DNA of 64,000 nucleotides from Phoronis australis (lineage: Eukaryota; Animalia; Phoronida). Position 1 is the first letter of the stretch. Each line of letters begins with the position of its first letter. Position numbers and translations under genes: made by a program. The stretch covers positions 870,748 to 934,747 of the forward strand of contig NMRA01000076.1 of assembly GCA_002633005.1 (NCBI GenBank). The letters are read 5' to 3'. Shown in pieces: positions 57,366-64,000 of the stretch. The notes under the pieces were generated by a model, which worked only from the letters and a program-made list of their open reading frames with translations, searched no databases and was not told the origin of the DNA.

Positions 57366-58001
57366 ATGGAAGACGCTGTTCCGATAAAGAAGGAACCAGG
57401 GTGGTATTTGTCCTTGATGGCACCCAATGTAAAGGGCCCAGATTACTGCTGGCTTGACCCATCACGACTCTACATAAACAAAGACGCTTTGAAAGACTGT
57501 ACTCAAGATTTGATCGCTCCTTTCTGCGACGAGAAGATTGACCTAGTTGCTGGGCTGGATGCCATGGGGTTTATTTTGGGAGCTGCCATAGCAAACCAGT
57601 TACAAACGGGTTTTTTGGCATTACGAAAAGCTGGTCATCTGTGTGTTAAAACGGACAGTGTTCCTTACTCCGATTACTCCGGTCGAGTGAAAACCATGGA
57701 AATCCGCATGGATCCAAGGCCGTTTCCCCCCGGAACGAAGGTACTGATTGTTGATCAGTGGGTGGAGACGGGGGGTACTATGCTAGCGGCTGTGAAGCTG
57801 ATCGAGAAGTTTCAAGGGGTTGTCGTTGGATGTGCTGCCATAGCGATTGAGAACGGAGAAGTTTCAGAAATCTCTCGCGATTTACAGAAGAGGTACAAGT
57901 GCGTGTCCTGTGTACCCCCTCATCTTCAAGCTCAATTTGACAGGAAGTATTTGGATAGTTTCAAACGCTTCCAGTCAAGCGAGGTCGGCGATTGTCATTA
58001 G
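57366..58001 (+). CDS. Divergent adenine phosphoribosyltransferase-like type I PRTase (211 aa), intronless
   Basis: APRT-like motifs IDLVAGLDAMGFILGAAIA, LRKAGHL and PRPP loop VLIVDQWVETGGTMLAAVKLIE; continuous ATG-TAG ORF. Confidence 0.9.
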   Translation: MEDAVPIKKEPGWYLSLMAPNVKGPDYCWLDPSRLYINKDALKDCTQDLIAPFCDEKIDLVAGLDAMGFILGAAIANQLQTGFLALRKAGHLCVKTDSVPYSDYSGRVKTMEIRMDPRPFPPGTKVLIVDQWVETGGTMLAAVKLIEKFQGVVVGCAAIAIENGEVSEISRDLQKRYKCVSCVPPHLQAQFDRKYLDSFKRFQSSEVGDCH

Positions 58002-58662
58002 TCCGTGGCGCTCGAGCACTGCTGGTTTGAAGGGGCAGAGTGTCTTGCAGACCCGATGATGTTGGCTTAGTATAACCGATTGTTGTTGCAACTGCTCAAT
58101 AGACATCATTGTTTTTTATTATTGTTGAAATAATATTTAGAGGAACATTTCGCCACTGCATTATCAGTGTCAATGTTGAGTTGCTGACGAAAGTGCTTTG
58201 GGGTTTATGACTACCACTGACGTTCACCCGACCCTGAATTGTTAGCGAAGCAGGCGACAACTCAAGTACGACAGGCCAGTGGGCACACGCGCCTTTTTTG
58301 AATTCGCAATTGCTCAACCCTAATTAACTCCGTGTTTTCCTGCCATGCAGTGAGTCAATGATGGATTCGAAGTTCTTGCTGAAAGAACAGACCTATATTA
58401 TATTATGAGTAAAAGGCACGACTAATTCGATTTTCGTTTCTTACTCAGCTAAACAGGGCGAAGTGTAGAATTAATAGCTGCAGTTTCTTTCATCAGCCAG
58501 TGTGCCAAGTTGTTCGGCGTGATGTAATGGTTGTGTACAGGCCTTTAGTGTCACAAGATTTATTACTCACTCGCAATGTTCATGTCTGAGCTCACATAGT
58601 TTGTCTCGAAGCTCACATGTGCTCGCGCGTGATCGAAAGGGGACTTGCCATGGGCCACGCAC

Positions 58663-58800
58663 CATGGGCGGCTTGGGGGGGGTTATAGCCCCCACTTTTT
58701 TCAATGTTGCGCCACCCATGGTCAATGGGGTGTGCAACACAGGGGGGGGGCTGGGGGGGGCTATAGCTCCCCCACTTTTTTCACTGCTGCGCCGCCCATG
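58663..58800. mobile_element. GC-rich MITE (CATGGGCGG termini) made of two similar halves
   Basis: catgggcgg ... ccgcccatg; internal repeat ggggggg(c/t)tatagc..ccccacttttttc. Confidence 0.65.
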
Positions 58801-59070
58801 CTTGCTCATCATTTGTCACACAACTGGCTTTTAACTTGTCGATCCAACGCCATGGTTGTCGTAAGTCTATCGTCTTCGATAGAGTTACTATAATATAGTA
58901 AGTTTATAGATAGTGATAATAGGAGCCTAGCTGTATTAATAGAGCTAAGAATGACTAAAAATCCCGAGGTTACACTGTGAAATAATTCACTGGTTATACA
59001 CCTTAGACAGATTCGCTTCTGTAAATTGGTATATTCTGGAACTACGTCATGCCGCATACGAGTCACCTTA

Positions 59071-60929
59071 TAGAGAGGCAGCACAGAGCACTTAGCATAG
59101 ATGAACGAGGTACTAAAATCTAACCATTGGAGCACTTAAGAGTCCACCTCAGTACATACGGAAATGGACGGCTGCCGTTGTCTGCACTATGGTAATGACT
59201 CCTTGGGACCTTAGAAGGGGGCATAAAATGAGCTAGATTAGATATTCGAGTACAAGCCAAAACTGATTTAAAACGGACAATAGTACCGCACTGAACATCG
59301 AAAAACCCATGACAGACAAATTGCAGCCTGGTAAGGGTCCGCCAGAAACCCAACAAGGACCCCACAAAATGATCTACCTCATACATTCAAGGTACCACCA
59401 AAAACCAATTCCATGTGATTCAATACATGTCACTGGTCACTAAATGTCCTATGACAAACAAAACACATTGGGTTGTACCCGTCAGAAGTCCCCAAAAAGC
59501 TCAACCACGGTATGCTATTGAAAGTTTGACCCACGATATCGAGGTACCGGCTAAAACTGACTTGAAATCAACATCGTGCCGCGATGAACACCGAATGACA
59601 CAAGACAGACAAATTGTCCCCTGGAAAAGATTCGCCAGAAACTCAAAAACAACGCCGAAAAAGGAGCTAGCTCATACATTCGAGGTACCAAAAGAAACAA
59701 TTCCATGTGATTAAAATAGAAATTACTGGTTCTAATTGGCCTTTGATAGACAAAACCCACTCTGGGTTGTGCGCGCCAGCCTCAGAAATCTCGACCACTT
59801 AATTCTGTTGAAACCGTGTGATGTATTTAATTATGAAGATCCCGGTTAGTAAGACTTGGTAGAGTTTCGTAGAATCAAGAATTACGATAAGGAATTGTTT
59901 GTGATCGCTTTCTTCGTTTGGAGTTCTTGGCGAATTCTTGTATTTCCGTAATACGTTCGCGTCTCAGTAGGCTACTCATGTGAATTCTCTACTACTTTGA
60001 AATTAATAAAAGCGAGACACTGAGTGGCAAATGGATGATGGTGGAACGTAAGCATCTTGGAAAATACCTAATACCACTAAAACTTTGGGAAACTAGGAAC
60101 TGTCAAAAAACCAACCCATTAAGTGGTGATTAAAACCGCAGCTAGTGTAGCATAATGAACTATCAAAACTGTCCATTTTTCCGTTTTTGAGTGGAGCGGG
60201 AAATATGGTTATGTCGCGTTGGAAATTACAATAGTATATTATAGTATGTCAATTTAACAGTGCGTCAAAAAGCGAGACATTTAGATGGTGTGGCGAAATG
60301 GCGGAAAATTTTCAAAAAAGTGTGACATTCCGCAAAGATTGGAGCATGAAAGACCTACAGTGTATATGGACCATTTCTTGGGGAGAAAACACTTGTCTGG
60401 CATGGCGGCAACTGTATTCGCCTTCCTTTAAGTGGTACCATGGCAGCTGATCATCCACCGGATTCTCAAGTTTTCCATGGAGAGGTCGACACGCTTCTTA
60501 CCTTCCACTTAGCCAACTCAAGTGGCAATGCATTCGTCAGTGCCTCTAACACGGATGTTATTGTCTGTCATAGTACATTTAGTATTCATTCACATGGAAT
60601 TGTTTTTTGTGGTACCTCGAATGTATGAGCTAGCTCATTTCAGGGGACCTTTTTGGGGGTGGACCCTTTCCAGACTGCAATTTGTCTGTCATGGGTCATT
60701 CGGTGTTAAGTGCGGTACTATTGTTCGTTTTATATCCGTTTTGGCCAGTACCTTGAATATCTAATCTAGCTCATTTTGGACCCCTTGTAAGGTCCACGGG
60801 AGTCACACTCTGAGTGCAGACAATGTCAGACGTCCATTTCTGTAAACACTGAGATGGACTCTAAGTGCTCCTATGGCCAGATGTTGATACCTTGTTCATC
60901 TATGCTAAGTGCTCTGGGCTGTCGATCTA
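59071..60929 (+). mobile_element. non-autonomous long-TIR DNA transposon (~1.86 kb), Academ-like
   Basis: ~350-bp imperfect TIRs (59071-59427 / 60581-60929) starting TAG and ending CTA; partial internal duplicate of the left TIR at ~59535-59715; coding relic at 60350-60570. Confidence 0.75.
60350..60570 (+). pseudogene. relic of an XPG/PIN-like nuclease domain of a transposon ORF
   Basis: In-frame YGPFLGEKTLVWHGGNCIRL...FHGEVDTLLTFHLANSSGNAFVSASNTDVIV resembles the H-E-E-A-D-T...S-x-D-T-D-V pattern of FEN1/XPG-type PIN domains. Confidence 0.55.
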
Positions 60930-61746
60930 TTGTTAATTCTATGAAAAATTAAAGACCACTGGGATTTACCAAGCATTTACTAACTAATGGGACTAGTACA
61001 AAACAGCTTTGCAAAACGTGGACATTGAAGATCGCATTATTATAGCCATTAATATGACCAACGACCTACGGCAACACTTGTAAATATTATTAACATACGG
61101 TGAAAACGGATTTCTTGTATGGCTGCATTCTGCAGTTAGTGCAGTGGCCCAGTAAGCCTAGATGGCTGCGAAAAAAATCTGCTTCCAACGCTGATCTAGC
61201 TGTTACGTTTCGCGAACGAAAGCAACGTCTTCACTTTATATCTGTTTGCCAGTGGCTCAACGGTTATTCGTCAAACCATTGCTTCGAAAATGTTCATAAA
61301 CCACAAACGATATTCTGTGTGTAAGAGTTTGTTTGAACAAAGGTTGATTTGTCATTGAGTTGTTTTAGTTTTTGGTGCATATAGTTTTCATACTTACCAT
61401 AAATCACGTATTCAAGAAAGAGACGGTTCAAGCTATGACGTCCTTTTATCTAAGTTATCAACATGATACTTCTGAAATCTCACATTCAAATTTTTCGATT
61501 GCATTCCAATGTTTGTTGGAGTATTTTATGCATCTGATGACAAAAAAGACAACCGAAAACAAACGATAATACAGGCATACATTTTTAGCAAATAGATGAT
61601 TTCCTGTTCCGAATCTCTAGACAGTGAATAGGTCTATTTAGCATTCTGTGCATGTAAATTACTATATTTATTAGTCAGTGAACTCCATTCGGTCCACGAC
61701 GTGTACATCCTGGTGCAGTGGACATAATAGGTTATAGGCTACACCT

Positions 61747-62044
61747 CAGGGCGGATCCAGGATCCAGAGGCGGGGCACAGGAATAACCAGAATTTCGCCA
61801 CATGCATGCACCCAGCCTAAAATGTAGGGATATATGGGTCTTGAACTTTTGGGTTTGTGGACCTTATTACTGAAAAAACGGGTAAACGGGGTTTGTTCGA
61901 GGCTAGGCATTGTGCATTCGCCCCCTGAGCCCCCTAGATGCGCGCGTATGCTAGTCAGCATTTCGAACCCTGAACTGCCAAATGGAATCTGGGAGAATTT
62001 TAGGGGGGCATGGCCCCCCCCCCTCCTCCCTAAGTCCGCCACTG
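61747..62044. mobile_element. GGCGGATCC-type MITE
   Basis: cagggcggatccag ... ggggggcatggcccccccc ... aagtccgccactg; terminal inverted repeats. Confidence 0.7.
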
Positions 62045-62633
62045 CACCTATTTGTGATCTCTGACAGACTTGTTTAATTTATTGGTAATTAACACATATA
62101 ATATCAACCAATTTTAATTATACCTGAATTGATATGTTCACATCTCACACATCCAAGACTTGCGTATATACACATTACATGAATCTAAATATAGAATTTC
62201 AAAACAGGAGAGCCAAAAAGGATCCAATGATTTTTATGTTCAAACATTGTTTTAATAGATATCTGAAATCCTAAAACGTCTTCTTTTAAAGAGTTCAATG
62301 GGAGAAGTTGAACGTTTGAGACAGATGATCTGATATTTTTCAAAGAATACGAAAATTCCCAGGCCTACTCAATTTGACAATATCTTTTGAGAGAAAGTCA
62401 AATTTCCTTTTTCAAATATCCAGTAAGTGATCGCAAACAACACAATTTTGGTCCAATGAAAAAGGGTACTATTTTCAGGATCGTGTCTACACTCAGTTTC
62501 AATGAAAGTTCATTGTGGCTAAGATGCGGTGAAAATATAGTTTGAACCCTATTTAAAGGGACGTCATCGGCTGAAATCAAGGCCAGTGTACTGTCTACCG
62601 TTTAAATACGCTTACAAAATACTAGTTAATGTA

Positions 62634-62700
62634 TTGGGTTGCTTCAGCAATAGAGCGTTCGACTGCTGTTGCGGTTAGTAGGTTCGAATCCGCGCTAATG
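62634..62700 (+). mobile_element. degenerate tRNA-derived SINE head
   Basis: B box GGTTCGAATCC near 62680-62690 with a weak upstream A-box-like segment; no cloverleaf. Confidence 0.4.
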
Positions 62701-63106
62701 CTAACTTCTGCAAAATGTCTTTCTAACAAGAGTATCCAATCTTTACTAAAATTCAGGGAGCAATTATAGACTAACTCACCCTTAGGATGCCCCATAAACA
62801 GTGAATTGTTGTCACCACTTCAATTCTAGAGTTTTGCTTTTGTGCTGGTCCAAACGTCTCAAATTGTCACAGCTTCAAAATCGTGACGATTTGGGTCAGC
62901 GCTGAGGCCCAAACTGTCACAACAATTCTTGGGTGTGTCCATTCGCGCTTGTACTATAGTGGGCCTTGCACAGACCATGTCCGTTTGTTTGCAGCATCTG
63001 TAAACAGCAATTTTTACATATTTGGACGGTATGCAGAAAGTCTTATAATTCTGAAATCTTTAGAAGATTGAGAACTGAACATACAACACACTGAACAATG
63101 CCCAAC

Positions 63107-63260
63107 CAGTGCTGTAGTGGGGCTTAGACGCACGTACAGGGTGTAGGCGCAGCCAACCCCCTTTTGGCATTTGAACGTAGCGCCTACGCACCGTAAGTTA
63201 CGTTCAACACTCTAGGTGATACGGTGGGCTTTGGCGCCTAACTTTACCACTACAGCACTG
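63107..63260. mobile_element. hAT-type MITE (154 bp)
   Basis: Perfect 14-bp TIR cagtgctgtagtgg / ccactacagcactg; 8-bp TSD tgcccaac / tgcccaat (7/8). Confidence 0.85.
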
Positions 63261-64000
63261 TGCCCAATATTGAGAAAAACTTTACATGTGGCAAAATAAT
63301 TCATGCCTATGAATATATTCAGGCTGTTTTCAATTTGCAAACAGTAGCAGTCACTGTGCTGTTCTCACTGGGTTTTGTCCAGCAGTGCCCAAACTGCCGA
63401 CTTTCTTACACCCTTTCGAAAACTCTGTGGTGAATAAAAAGAAACGTTGTGAGACGTTTCCTTTCAAAAACGCCACACATGACCACAGAAACTGTCTCAT
63501 ATTTTGGACCTTTCATTTTCATCGAAAAAGGTAGCGAGGTTTCACAGTGGGGCCATCCAATCAGAGTTATTGCTATTCTTAGATGTTTGAGGGCTGACGA
63601 AATCAAAATCGAACCACATTCCTCAGGCACTGAGCGGCAATGCAACAATGCTACACAGGTCCGCCAGTGTAACTACTCCCCAATCAGTTGGCCTTTATCA
63701 TTTCACGTGTTCCCAAGAAGGAAGTCAGATTCACTGAACCATAGCTCAAAATGTCTCCAAATCTAGCTTAAAGAAATGAATTAATAGCGAGTGACTTGAC
63801 CGCGATTACAGTTTACAGTGTCACCGTAGCCAACCAGGATAAACAAAGACATGTAAATTGAAGAAGGTACTAACTAGCAAGCAAGTGAACGCCCTTTGGT
63901 TGACCAAAGTTGGTTGGGCAGCAGTCATAGGAAGGTTCAAAGATAAAGGGCCTGACAACAGCACGGATTGTCTACGGGCGTTCACTTCCACCTCTAGGGA

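Overview
AT-rich genomic DNA from an animal, probably an invertebrate bilaterian (inferred; the species cannot be read from the sequence). There are four protein-coding genes. (1) BCAS3 (WD40 autophagy regulator) on the - strand: ATG at 23333, 20 well-supported coding exons down to 4347, a candidate 24-nt microexon and an uncertain last exon near 2308-2450. (2) EXOC1/Sec3 on the + strand, head-to-head with BCAS3: 20 coding exons from 25001 to 47486, about 913 aa. Two of its exons appear twice because of a ~1.7-kb duplication at a single N (40964), most likely an assembly artefact from overlapping haplotypes. (3) An intronless, inducible-type cytosolic HSP70 (53310-51397, -) with a TATA box, heat-shock elements and a kappaB-like site. 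(4) An intronless, divergent APRT-like phosphoribosyltransferase (57366-58001, +) with a non-canonical DQW PRPP loop. Introns and intergenic DNA hold many MITEs, a tRNA-derived SINE with an 11-bp TSD, a LINE 3' remnant, micro- and minisatellites, and a ~1.86-kb long-TIR element with an XPG/PIN-like relic (Academ-like). I see no clearly new multi-gene system. The best leads are the APRT-like enzyme, the alternative-splicing candidates, the Academ-like element and the MITE pair around HSP70. All exon models were read by eye from splice sites and frame continuity; homology calls rest on remembered motifs, not database searches.
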